Positions 27,904 through 37,006 are shown, counted from the first letter of the stretch. The stretch: 64,000 bases of DNA from Chitinibacter sp. GC72 (GCF_009760905.1 NZ_VIRW01000004.1:39665-103664); one strand, 5' to 3'. Made by a program: numbers and translations. Notes: a model not told the origin generated them from the sequence alone.

Positions 27904-28251
27904 ATGGCACAAAAATCAGAGCGCACCAAGGTCCTGTTTATTTGCAGCCGCAATCAGTGGCGCAGCCCGACGGCCGAGCAGCTTTGGCGCCAGCATCCGC
28001 GGCTGCAAACGCGCTCGGCGGGCACCAGCCCGAATGCGCGGCATACGGTGTCGGTCGATGATATTCGCTGGGCGGATGTGATTTGCGTGATGGAAGAAAA
28101 GCACCAATCACGGCTGCGCGCGCAATTTAGTCGCTTGCTGAGCAACAAACCCATCCATGTGCTCGATATTCCCGACGACTACCAATTTATGGCGCCAGAG
28201 CTGATCGATCTATTGGAGCAATCGGTGGCTGGCATTCTTGACCTTAACTAA
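27904..28251 (+). CDS. Low-molecular-weight phosphatase-like protein (LMW-PTP/ArsC-type CX5R P-loop)
   Basis: KVLFICSRNQWRSPTAEQ matches the C(X)5R(S/T) P-loop of LMW protein-tyrosine phosphatases. 115 aa. Follows prfH on the same strand. Confidence 0.65.
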   Translation: MAQKSERTKVLFICSRNQWRSPTAEQLWRQHPRLQTRSAGTSPNARHTVSVDDIRWADVICVMEEKHQSRLRAQFSRLLSNKPIHVLDIPDDYQFMAPELIDLLEQSVAGILDLN

Positions 28252-29275
28252 CAACTATCTCTACGCCGCCTTCCACCTGCGTTTGCGTGATATTAACGGG
28301 CAGAAATTGCCTGATCACGTCGATATTACTCAGCAAATGCGCTGACGCGTGCGTTGTCGTAAAGCGCCCCGACCCTGCCAGCGCAAAAGCCAGCACCAAC
28401 TGATCAGCCAAAAACTCGTCCACTGCCGCGCCGCTATGCAAATAGCGCTGCACCTGATGTGCGACTTGCTTGCCGACCGCTTCGGCGCTGACGCCTTTTT
28501 CGCCAAAGCTGGTGAACATTTCGGTGATATTTTCATGCTCAATTTCAATCAGCACCGCATTGCCGGGGCCTTGATCGTTGCTGAGCCCGCGTACCGCAGT
28601 GCTGACGCCAGCAATTTTTTGCTCGATTTCGGCCAGCTCACGCTGCGCGACTTTGGCCGGCACACCCGCAATCAGCGCCGTGGCGCTAATACTGCGCAAA
28701 GCACCGCGCTGGCACAGATCGAAACCCTGCAATGATGGGCACGGCGACACTGTCGCGCAAATTTCGCCACCGCCCGCCGGATAAAAACCGTGCCGCTTTA
28801 GTGTGATTTCTTGCTGCACGCCCATGCGCGCCATCAGCGGCTGCCAAACGCGAATTAGAAAATCGGCCGGCGGCGCGGCTTTATTGTGCGTACCACCCTT
28901 CACCGACACAGAGCTGGGCGCATCGGCAAACCACAGCGCAGGTAATATCGTTTGCAGCACCAGCGTACAGCTACCGGCGGTGCCAATCGCAAAATGGTAA
29001 TCGCCAGCGCGAATCGCGCCGGGCTTGAAACTGAGCGACGTTGAGCCGATCTGAGCGCCGGTCATCTGCGCCCCGCAAATCGCCGCCGCAGCTTCAACCG
29101 CTGTTAAATGCTGGCGTAGCAAGCCGGGTTTGGGGCGCTTGGCGCGGATATTTTTAATCTGGAATGCCTGACCCGTGATCATTGCCAGCGTCAGCGCACT
29201 ACGCAAAATCTGGCCACCGCCTTCGCCGCTAGCGCCGTCGATTTCAATGAGTTGTTTGTTCATTATTATTTTCAC
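28244..29275 (-). CDS. rtcA: RNA 3'-terminal phosphate cyclase
   Basis: IDGASGEGGGQILRSALTLAMITGQAF...LLRQHLTAV; end-to-end similarity to E. coli RtcA. Confidence 0.9.
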   Translation of the reverse strand: MKIIMNKQLIEIDGASGEGGGQILRSALTLAMITGQAFQIKNIRAKRPKPGLLRQHLTAVEAAAAICGAQMTGAQIGSTSLSFKPGAIRAGDYHFAIGTAGSCTLVLQTILPALWFADAPSSVSVKGGTHNKAAPPADFLIRVWQPLMARMGVQQEITLKRHGFYPAGGGEICATVSPCPSLQGFDLCQRGALRSISATALIAGVPAKVAQRELAEIEQKIAGVSTAVRGLSNDQGPGNAVLIEIEHENITEMFTSFGEKGVSAEAVGKQVAHQVQRYLHSGAAVDEFLADQLVLAFALAGSGRFTTTHASAHLLSNIDVIRQFLPVNITQTQVEGGVEIVVS

Positions 29276-29336
29276 TTCATATTAAAACCGCAGTGCTGCC
29301 GTGCCATTGATGAAGACGTACAGCCGCTGCGATTTT

Positions 29337-30143
29337 CTAATTGCTGTGTTGCAGCACCGCTTGGCGCAATAGCTGATCCAGCAAAGCCTGCTGGCCATTG
29401 GGCTTGCGAAAGTCGGTACTCGTCTTATGCTGCTCCGCCAGTTGGTGCTCGATAAACGCATGAATCAATGGAAAGCGCGCGCCATATTCAGCCTCGCCTG
29501 AGCGCATTTTGATCGCCAGTAATTCATTGACTTCACGTACCAACTCAGGCTGATCTTTGAGCATGACTTCGGCCAAAGCGGCAAACTTCATCGGTGGCAT
29601 GCCCAGGCCTGCGTCTATCCACTGCATGGCCAGCAAGGGGCGTAACACGTACAGGTACTTCTTCATCCGCACGGACTCGCTTTGCAGATAGCCACGGAAA
29701 TTCTTTTTGGCCATCGACACATAATGCCAGTGTGCTTTTTGTTCGGAAAAATAGTCGCTCATCAAACCACGCAATGGCTCGGTGAGCGTCGCCTGTTCCT
29801 GATAAATGACTGGCGAATCCAGCCATTCAAACAAGGTCGGATTGGATTTGCCCAGCAAGGCCAGCGCTTTGCGCAATTCCCAACCGCAAATATCGAGCTC
29901 ATCGCTGATCGGCACTTCGATCACATCGCGCTGCGGGGTGACGCTGAGATACCAATCAAGGCGATGAACATAGACAAAACGCACGTCGTAATCGCTATCG
30001 GGCGAAGCAAAGCCCCAGCCACGGCTGCCCGATTCGCAAGCGAACAGAATCGTGACATTGTGACGCGCTTCAATGGCTGCGAGTTCGAGCTGGATGCGCT
30101 CTGCGATTGCCGGATCGATTGGATGTTCACTCAGTATTTTCAT
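29337..30143 (-). CDS. Pol-beta-superfamily nucleotidyltransferase (COG3541-like) embedded in rtc operon
   Basis: CESGSRGWGFASPDSDYDVRFVY contains the G[SG]...D.D nucleotidyltransferase signature. Lies between rtcB and rtcA on the same strand. Confidence 0.65.
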   Translation of the reverse strand: MKILSEHPIDPAIAERIQLELAAIEARHNVTILFACESGSRGWGFASPDSDYDVRFVYVHRLDWYLSVTPQRDVIEVPISDELDICGWELRKALALLGKSNPTLFEWLDSPVIYQEQATLTEPLRGLMSDYFSEQKAHWHYVSMAKKNFRGYLQSESVRMKKYLYVLRPLLAMQWIDAGLGMPPMKFAALAEVMLKDQPELVREVNELLAIKMRSGEAEYGARFPLIHAFIEHQLAEQHKTSTDFRKPNGQQALLDQLLRQAVLQHSN

Positions 30144-30146
30144 TTT

Positions 30147-31367
30147 CTATCCTTTCACACACACCACCTGACGCAGCGTATGCACGACTTCGACCAGATC
30201 GGATTGCGCGGCCATCACGGCGTCGATGTCTTTGTATGCCATCGGGATTTCGTCGATCACGGCTGCGTCTTTACGGCATTCGACGTGCGCGGTGGCTTTG
30301 ATCTGGTCTTCCACGGTAAACAGTTTCTGCGCCTTGGTTCGGCTCATCGTGCGACCGGCGCCGTGGCTGCAGGAACAGAATGATTCTTCATTTCCTAGCC
30401 CGCGCACGATAAAGCTTTTCGCTCCCATCGAACCCGGAATAATCCCCAGCTGGCCTTTCTGTGCCGACACCGCGCCTTTACGCGTTACCAGTACTTCGCT
30501 ACCAAAGTGCGTTTCTTTCTGTACATAGTTATGGTGGCAGTTCACCGCTTCCACATCGGCAGCAAACGGTTTGGTGATGATTTTGCGCGCGGCTGCGATG
30601 ACGTTTTGCATCATCACCATACGGTTACGGCGCGCAAAATCTTGCGCCCAACCCACGGCTTCGACGTAATCGTCAAAATGCTGGCTACCTTCGGTGAAGT
30701 AAGCCAAGTCGCGATGCGGCAAATTGGCAATGTGCGAGCGCATATCGGCCTGCGCCAATTCGATAAAGTGCGTTCCAATCGCGTTCCCTACCCCGCGTGA
30801 ACCGGAATGCAACATAAACCAGACGCGGTTTTCTTCATCGAGACACACTTCGATAAAGTGGTTTCCCGTTCCCAAAGTCCCCAAGTGCTTATGGTTATTG
30901 GTGTTTTTCAAGCGCGGGTATTTATCGGTAATGCGCTTGAAGCCTTCATGCAACTCACCCCACATCGTGTCGACCGACGCGGGTGGCGTATCCCACGAAC
31001 CTTTATCGCGGCCCGCGCGGCTATTGGTGCGACCATGCGGTACAGCGGCTTCAATCGCGCTACGCAATCCGGCCAGATTGTCGGGCAAATCGCTGGCAGT
31101 CAGCGTGGTACGCGCCGCCATCATTCCGCAGCCGATATCAACACCAACGGCGGCAGGAATAATTGCGCCGTGCGTGGGGATCACGCTACCGATGGTGGAG
31201 CCTTTCCCCAGATGTACGTCGGGCATTACGGCCAGATGTTTAAAAATAAACGGCATTTTGGCCGTGTTGATCAACTGCTCGCGTGCTTCGTCTTCGACCG
31301 GAACGCCGCTGGTCCACAGCTTGATGGGCTTACCGTTTTGTACTTGCAAAATATCAAACTTGCTCAT
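30147..31367 (-). CDS. rtcB: RNA-splicing ligase RtcB
   Basis: 406 aa. Motifs GVDIGCGMMA, GTGNHFIE, HSGSRGVG, CSHGAGR. Confidence 0.9.
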   Translation of the reverse strand: MSKFDILQVQNGKPIKLWTSGVPVEDEAREQLINTAKMPFIFKHLAVMPDVHLGKGSTIGSVIPTHGAIIPAAVGVDIGCGMMAARTTLTASDLPDNLAGLRSAIEAAVPHGRTNSRAGRDKGSWDTPPASVDTMWGELHEGFKRITDKYPRLKNTNNHKHLGTLGTGNHFIEVCLDEENRVWFMLHSGSRGVGNAIGTHFIELAQADMRSHIANLPHRDLAYFTEGSQHFDDYVEAVGWAQDFARRNRMVMMQNVIAAARKIITKPFAADVEAVNCHHNYVQKETHFGSEVLVTRKGAVSAQKGQLGIIPGSMGAKSFIVRGLGNEESFCSCSHGAGRTMSRTKAQKLFTVEDQIKATAHVECRKDAAVIDEIPMAYKDIDAVMAAQSDLVEVVHTLRQVVCVKG

Positions 31368-31432
31368 GCTCTTTCCTTTGTAGGGGTATATTGTTGTGGC
31401 TTATTTCGGGTAATACCTGCAGGGATATACCC

Positions 31433-32569
31433 CTATTTACCTAACTTGATCATGCCGTTGAGCAATTGATCAAACCCGCCAAAAACCGAGATTTTATCGA
31501 TCCGTTCGGCCAGTTTTTCCAGCGTTTCCAGCTCTTTCAGCCGTAGCGCGGTTGGGTTGTCTTCCATCACTTTGGCGGTATTGAGCAGCGAGCGCGTCGC
31601 GCCGGTTTCTTCGCGGCGGCGGATTACATTGGCCTGCGCGGCTTTTTCGGCCTCGACCACTTGTGCCAGCAGCATTTTCATTTCGCCGGGCAGCACAATA
31701 TCCTTCACGCCCACGCTGTGTATGCACATCCCCAATCCGGCCAGCCGGGTGCGCATATGCGCAGCGACCACGTCGTCGATCAGTTGTTTGTTTTCCAGCA
31801 ATTCGTCCAGCGTGCGGGTGCCCACCGCTGCACGCAAGCCAAACTGCAATTCGCGGTACAGAAAATCCACAGGCTTGGGCAGCTGGGTAAATGCCAGCTC
31901 GATATCGGTCAACTGCCAGTTGGCCGCCAGATTGAGCCGCAAGGAAACTTTGTCCCGGGTCAGGATTTCCTGCCCGCTCACTTCGACGGTTTGCTGGCGG
32001 GTATCGACCAGCTCAACGGCCAGCTCGCGGCCAAAACGCCAGAAGCCATAACGCCCAGGCTTGAGCTGGCGCTGGAATTGGCCGTTGCTATGCAGCAGGC
32101 CGATATGGCTTTCCGGCACTTGCACCTGCAGCACGGTGTTGTTGTTGCGTATGGTTTTGGCGCGCAGCGCGGCCTGCGTCAGCGTTGCCAGCACCGCAGG
32201 CGACAATTCAAATTGCGTACGCAAGTCGATGCGCTCAAAAGTTTGCGGCGCGGCGGCTTTCCAGTACAGCTGGCGTGAGCCGGGCAGCAGGATTTCAGCC
32301 AGTACGCCATTTTCATAGCGCAGCGCCGCTTCGTGGTCGGCCAGCTCGACACGCTGGAAATGCGTCTCGACCAATGCGGCCTCATTACGGCACAGATAAT
32401 CGGCCAGCGCGTGGGTAAAGGCGGCCTCGTCGAGCGAAAAGGTCAGCAAGGTATAGCGTTTGGGCCAGTTCCACAGATGAAATTCACCGGGTTCCAGCAG
32501 TTTTTGTACATCTCCGTTGCGCAGCAACAGGCCACGTTCGTTCTTTTTAACTTGAAAGCGTTGCCACAT
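31433..32569 (-). CDS. SPFH/band-7 (slipin-like) domain protein, first CDS of the rtc operon
   Basis: SPFH core (VSLRLNLAANWQL...VKDIVLPGEMK) with C-terminal coiled coil. Confidence 0.7.
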   Translation of the reverse strand: MWQRFQVKKNERGLLLRNGDVQKLLEPGEFHLWNWPKRYTLLTFSLDEAAFTHALADYLCRNEAALVETHFQRVELADHEAALRYENGVLAEILLPGSRQLYWKAAAPQTFERIDLRTQFELSPAVLATLTQAALRAKTIRNNNTVLQVQVPESHIGLLHSNGQFQRQLKPGRYGFWRFGRELAVELVDTRQQTVEVSGQEILTRDKVSLRLNLAANWQLTDIELAFTQLPKPVDFLYRELQFGLRAAVGTRTLDELLENKQLIDDVVAAHMRTRLAGLGMCIHSVGVKDIVLPGEMKMLLAQVVEAEKAAQANVIRRREETGATRSLLNTAKVMEDNPTALRLKELETLEKLAERIDKISVFGGFDQLLNGMIKLGK

Positions 32570-32639
32570 TTTTATTCTCCTTATTTAAAACCCGGCTGCA
32601 GCGCAGTGCGGATGTGCGGTTGACCAGCGCATGGGCAGG

Positions 32640-32995
32640 AACAAGGGGAGCAGCCCAAGATTGCGGCATTTCCTGTTGTTCCCGCTGATGCGCGGAGAAC
32701 CGGACACCGGCGGCATTGCTGCGGTGGCTCAATGCGCCACACCGGGTACTGCGTGTTTCGTTCGTATGCCCTTGCAGGCGTGGAGCGGGAGTCGAACCCG
32801 CGACAATCGGTTTCATCAACCGAGGCTCTATCCAGTCTGAGCTATCCAGAGGTGGTGAACCGGGAATCGAACCCGGATAACGCAAACCATTGCCATCACC
32901 GTTATGCAGGAGATCATCGGGCGGTATACCCACTGGCAAAACGCCAGCAGTACCGGAGCGGGGTGAGAGCCGCTACCTGTTGCCGGTCAGAGCCG
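32640..32995 (-). ncRNA. Y-RNA-like (YrlA-type) structured leader RNA containing tRNA-mimic modules
   Basis: Minus-strand sequence between the sigma54 start (~33003) and the SPFH gene. It contains ...GGCAATGGTTTGCGTTATCCGGGTTCGATTCCCGGTTCACCACC followed by a near-complete tRNA-like unit with D-arm AGCTCAGACTGGATAGAGC, anticodon-like arm TCGGTTGATGAAACCGA, T-arm GCGGGTTCGACTCCCGC and a shortened acceptor. No ORF. Confidence 0.55.
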
Positions 32996-33014
32996 ATCTG
33001 CATGGCTAATTAAT

Positions 33015-33030
33015 AGCAACGGCTGTGCCA
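33015..33030 (-). promoter_or_regulatory. sigma54 (-24/-12) promoter of the rtc operon
   Basis: Reverse complement reads TGGCACagccgTTGCT, a perfect GG-N10-GC spacing. Positioned ~430 nt upstream of the first CDS with the Y-RNA-like leader between. Confidence 0.8.
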
Positions 33031-33134
33031 GTTTGGATTTTTGGATTTTTAATTTATTCAATGCACTGATTTTTAATGAAAATATCCGTTTTGATCTAGC
33101 ATTGGCCTCATATTTCCATCTGGATTGATCGGAG

Positions 33135-33160
33135 AATGACGATATAATCAGATCGTCATT
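33135..33160. promoter_or_regulatory. Perfect palindrome AATGACGAT-N8-ATCGTCATT (candidate RtcR UAS / autoregulatory operator)
   Basis: 9-bp inverted arms. ~120 bp upstream of the sigma54 -24 element and overlapping a TATAAT hexamer (33143-33148) 32 nt before the rtcR ATG. Confidence 0.5.
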
Positions 33161-33179
33161 TATCTAAAAAGATAAAAAT

Positions 33180-34769
33180 ATGAAGCGCACAGTGGTGTTT
33201 GGCTTTGTTGGCACGGTGTTGGATTTTGCCGGGCGGGGTAGTCAGCGTTGGGAAAAGTGGCGGCCAACAATCGGTTTGTGCCAGCACGATGATGTGCTGA
33301 TCAGCCGGATCGAGCTGCTGCACGATAGCCGCAGCAAAAGCCTGTTCGAGCGCCTGAAGCAGGATATTGCGCAGGTGTCGCCCGAAACCGAGGTGGTGAG
33401 TGTTGAGGTGAATCTGAGCGATCCGTGGGATTTCGAGGAGGTGTATGCCTGCCTGCACGATTTTGGGCGCAGTTATGAGTTTGATGTTGAAGCCGAGGAT
33501 TATCTGATCCACATCACCACCGGCACGCACGTGGCGCAGATTTGCTGGTTCCTGCTGGCCGAGGCCTGCTACTTCCCCGCGCGGCTGGTGCAAACTTCGC
33601 CGCCGCGCAAGCGCGAAACCGATGGCGTAGCGGGCAAATACACGCTGATTGATCTGGATTTATCGCGCTACAACAAAATTGCCAGCCGCTTTGCCCAAGT
33701 GCGCGACGAAGCGGTGTCGTTTTTAAAATCAGGCATTGCCACGCGTAACCCGCGCTTTAACCGGATGATCGAGCAGATCGAGCGCGTCGCGATACGCTCG
33801 AAAGCGCCGATTTTGCTGTGCGGGCCAACGGGCGCAGGCAAATCGTTTCTGGCGCGGCGAATTTATGAAATGAAGGTGGCGCGCCATCAAATCAGCGGGC
33901 GCTTTGTCGAAGTCAATTGCGCCACGCTACGCGGCGATAGCGCGATGTCGACTTTGTTCGGGCATGTGAAAGGCGCATTTACCGGCGCACAAACCGAGCG
34001 CGCAGGCTTGCTGCGCAGTGCTGACGGCGGGCTGCTGTTTCTGGATGAAATCGGCGAGCTGGGTCTGGACGAGCAGGCCATGCTGCTCAAAGCTATCGAG
34101 GAAAAGCGCTTTTTCCCTTTTGGTAGTGATAAGGAAGTCACCAGTGATTTTCAGCTGATTGCCGGGACGGTGCGCGATTTAAAACAGTGGGTGGCTGAGG
34201 GTAAATTTCGCGAGGATTTGTATGCGCGGATTAATTTGTGGCTGTACGAGCTACCCGGTCTGGCAGAGCGCAGCGAAGATCTGGAGCCCAATCTGGATTT
34301 TGAATTGCTCCGCTTTGCCAAAGAGCAGGGCGAGCAAGTGCGGTTTAATTCAGAAGCTAAGCAGCGGTTCTTGAAATTTGCTGCTTCAGCGGAAGCTAAA
34401 TGGTCGGGCAATTTTCGCGAACTGTCGGCCGCGGTGACGCGGATGGCGACGCTGGCAGAAAATGGCCGCATTACGCTGGCGCAGGCCGATGAGGAAATCG
34501 ACCGGCTGCGCCTGTCCTGGCAGCTTAGCTCGCCAGGCGTGATTGATGTAGTGTTGGGTGAGCGCGCTAGCGAGCTTGATCTGTTTGACCGGCTGCAACT
34601 CGAGCGGGTGATTCAGGTGTGCCAGGCCGCCGATTCGCTCTCCGACGCCGGGCGGCGCTTGTTCAATATCTCGCGGCAGGAAAAAGCCAAAAGCAATGAC
34701 GCCGACCGGCTACGCAAATATCTGGCGCGGTTTGGGCTGGATTGGGCGAGCGTGAAAGGTACGCGCTGA
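33180..34769 (+). CDS. rtcR: sigma54-dependent transcriptional activator RtcR (CARF-like N-domain + AAA+ + HTH)
   Basis: AAA+ sigma54 activator motifs ([31 protein letters not shown]-like [12 protein letters not shown]). N-terminal non-receiver domain as in RtcR. Divergent to the rtc operon. Confidence 0.9.
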   Translation: MKRTVVFGFVGTVLDFAGRGSQRWEKWRPTIGLCQHDDVLISRIELLHDSRSKSLFERLKQDIAQVSPETEVVSVEVNLSDPWDFEEVYACLHDFGRSYEFDVEAEDYLIHITTGTHVAQICWFLLAEACYFPARLVQTSPPRKRETDGVAGKYTLIDLDLSRYNKIASRFAQVRDEAVSFLKSGIATRNPRFNRMIEQIERVAIRSKAPILLCGPTGAGKSFLARRIYEMKVARHQISGRFVEVNCATLRGDSAMSTLFGHVKGAFTGAQTERAGLLRSADGGLLFLDEIGELGLDEQAMLLKAIEEKRFFPFGSDKEVTSDFQLIAGTVRDLKQWVAEGKFREDLYARINLWLYELPGLAERSEDLEPNLDFELLRFAKEQGEQVRFNSEAKQRFLKFAASAEAKWSGNFRELSAAVTRMATLAENGRITLAQADEEIDRLRLSWQLSSPGVIDVVLGERASELDLFDRLQLERVIQVCQAADSLSDAGRRLFNISRQEKAKSNDADRLRKYLARFGLDWASVKGTR

Positions 34770-34826
34770 CTGGCGCGGAAAAACAAAAAGCCCCAACCGA
34801 AGTTGAGGCTTTTTGCTTAATTCGTG

Positions 34827-34899
34827 TGGGTCGGGAGGGATTCGAACCCTCGACCAACGGATTAAAAGTCCGCTGCTCTACCGACTGAGCTACCGACCC
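34827..34899 (-). tRNA. tRNA-Lys (anticodon TTT)
   Basis: rc: GGGTCGGTAGCTCAGTCGGTAGAGCAGCGGACTTTTAATCCGTTGGTCGAGGGTTCGAATCCCTCCCGACCCA. Canonical cloverleaf; CCA not encoded. Confidence 0.9.
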
Positions 34900-34911
34900 A
34901 GAGGTCTTGTG

Positions 34912-34984
34912 TGTGCGATGGTGGGTCGGGAGGGATTCGAACCCTCGACCAACGGATTAAAAGTCCGCTGCTCTACCGACTGAG
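34912..34984 (-). tRNA. tRNA-Lys (anticodon TTT), second identical copy
   Basis: Identical 73-nt sequence, 12 nt from the first copy. Confidence 0.9.
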
Positions 34985-35151
34985 CTACCGACCCGCGTCG
35001 TCACATACAGAGATGCGCATTATAAGGTTATTTTCGCGCCTGTCAACGATTAATCTGCAGAAATTTTGCCCGGCTTTGGCATTATGCCGCGCGACTAGCC
35101 GCGCTGGCTCGCGGTAAACTACCGCCCTATTGTTGAAAAAAAGGAAAAATC

Positions 35152-35532
35152 ATGCGGATTTTACATACGATGTTGCGCGTTGGTGATCTGGAACGCTCGA
35201 TTGCGTTTTACACCGAGGTGCTGGGGATGAGCTTATTGCGGCGCAAGGATTATCTGGAGGGTCGTTTTACGCTAGCCTTTGTCGGTTATGGCGCGGAGGC
35301 GGAACAAACGGTGCTGGAGTTGACTCACAACTGGGATACGCCGGCTTACGACTTGGGCACTGGTTATGGCCATATTGCACTGGAAACCGACGATATTGTG
35401 GCAACATGCGAGGCGGTACGTGCCAAGGGTGGCAAAGTAATTCGTGAGCCGGGGCCGATGAAACATGGCACCACGGTGATTGCTTTTGTCGAAGACCCGG
35501 ATGGTTACAAAATCGAGTTTATTCAACCCTAA
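35152..35532 (+). CDS. gloA: Lactoylglutathione lyase (glyoxalase I)
   Basis: [21 protein letters not shown]...[12 protein letters not shown]...KIEFIQ: near-canonical GloA. Confidence 0.9.
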   Translation: MRILHTMLRVGDLERSIAFYTEVLGMSLLRRKDYLEGRFTLAFVGYGAEAEQTVLELTHNWDTPAYDLGTGYGHIALETDDIVATCEAVRAKGGKVIREPGPMKHGTTVIAFVEDPDGYKIEFIQP

Positions 35533-35605
35533 TGGGTATATATTTGTAGGCCTTTATTAATATGGCCTATGGATATATACCTGTTTATTTAATAGGTGAA
35601 ATTAG

Positions 35606-37006
35606 ATGAAGCTTAAATTAGCTTTGCTCTTGCTCAGCCTGCTGCCCGGCGTGGCAATGGCGGCTGGGCTGGATGGCAGCAGCATGTCGCTAACCTGGGT
35701 CATTCCGTTTGCCGGCCTGTTGCTGTCGATAGCGCTGTTTCCCATTTTCGCGCCCCATTTCTGGCACGAAAATTTTGGCAAGATCGCGGCATTCTGGGGC
35801 GCTTTGTTTGTGCTGCCGTTTGCGTTGTACGCGGGTGTCGGGCCAACAACAGGGGTGATTGCCCATGCGATTCTGGAAGAATACATCCCCTTTATCTTGA
35901 TTCTGTTTGCACTGTACACCGTGTCGGGCGGAATTCTGGTCTGGGGTAATCTGCATGGCTCGCCCAAGCTCAATACCGGTATTTTGGCGCTGGGTACGGT
36001 GCTGGCATCTGTAATGGGAACGACTGGCGCGGCGATGCTGCTGATTCGCCCGATTTTGAAAGCCAATGATAACCGGGTGCATAACGTTCATGTGGTAGTC
36101 TTCTTTATCTTCTTAGTCGCTAACGTGGGCGGTGGTTTAACGCCACTGGGCGATCCGCCGCTGTTTCTGGGTTTTTTGAAAGGCGTGGATTTCATGTGGA
36201 CGGTCGAGCATATGGCGGCTCCTGTCCTACTGATGAGTGTATTGCTGCTGGCGATGTTCTACGCGATTGATAGCTACTACTTCAACAAAGAAGGCGTTTT
36301 GCCGCGTGATAAAACACCCGATAGTGCCTTGAAAATCTATGGCAAACGCAATTTCTTCCTGCTGGGGGGCATTATCGCGCTGGTGGTGATGTCCGGCATC
36401 TGGAAGCCTGGCGTGAGCTTTGAAGTACTGGGCTCGCATCTGCAATTGCAAAACCTGGTTCGCGATTTTGGCCTGCTGCTGATTGGCCTACTCTCGCTCA
36501 AGATCACCCCGGCACCAGTACGTGCGGGCAATGATTTTAACTGGGGACCGATTCTGGAAGTGGCCAAGCTGTTTGCCGGGATCTTTATCGCCATGGCACC
36601 AGCGATTGCGATTTTGCGGGCTGGCACTGATGGTGCAATGGGCGGCCTGGTGGCTTTGGTGAGCAATCCGGATGGCACGCCGCATGATGCAATGTATTTC
36701 TGGATGACCGGTTTGCTATCGGCATTCCTTGACAATGCGCCGACCTATTTGGTGTTCTTCAATCTGGCGCACGGCGATGCCGCGCATATGATGGGCCCAT
36801 ATGCTTCAACGCTCTTGGCGATTTCTTGCGGTGCCGTCTTTATGGGCGCGATGAGTTATATCGGTAATGCGCCCAACTTTATGGTCAAAGCCGTGGCAGA
36901 AGATCGCGGGATCAAAATGCCGAGCTTCTTTGGCTATATGGCTTGGTCAGTTTGCCTGTTGCTGCCGGTCTGCGTGATTATGACGATGGTTTTTTTCCAC
37001 TACTAA
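35606..37006 (+). CDS. ArsB/NhaD-superfamily ion transporter (putative Na+/H+ antiporter NhaD-like permease)
   Basis: 466 aa, ~11-12 TM helices, two repeated halves with GGxLTPLGDPP-type motif. Confidence 0.6.
   Translation: MKLKLALLLLSLLPGVAMAAGLDGSSMSLTWVIPFAGLLLSIALFPIFAPHFWHENFGKIAAFWGALFVLPFALYAGVGPTTGVIAHAILEEYIPFILILFALYTVSGGILVWGNLHGSPKLNTGILALGTVLASVMGTTGAAMLLIRPILKANDNRVHNVHVVVFFIFLVANVGGGLTPLGDPPLFLGFLKGVDFMWTVEHMAAPVLLMSVLLLAMFYAIDSYYFNKEGVLPRDKTPDSALKIYGKRNFFLLGGIIALVVMSGIWKPGVSFEVLGSHLQLQNLVRDFGLLLIGLLSLKITPAPVRAGNDFNWGPILEVAKLFAGIFIAMAPAIAILRAGTDGAMGGLVALVSNPDGTPHDAMYFWMTGLLSAFLDNAPTYLVFFNLAHGDAAHMMGPYASTLLAISCGAVFMGAMSYIGNAPNFMVKAVAEDRGIKMPSFFGYMAWSVCLLLPVCVIMTMVFFHY

Noticed and set aside
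32771-32901. A genuine tRNA gene (anticodon-loop TGATGAA) on the minus strand
   Set aside because: D-, anticodon- and T-arms are tRNA-like, but the acceptor stem pairs for only 4 bp (TGGA/TCCA) and the 5' end does not match the 3' end. It is better explained as a Y-RNA-type tRNA mimic than as a tRNA or pseudo-tRNA.
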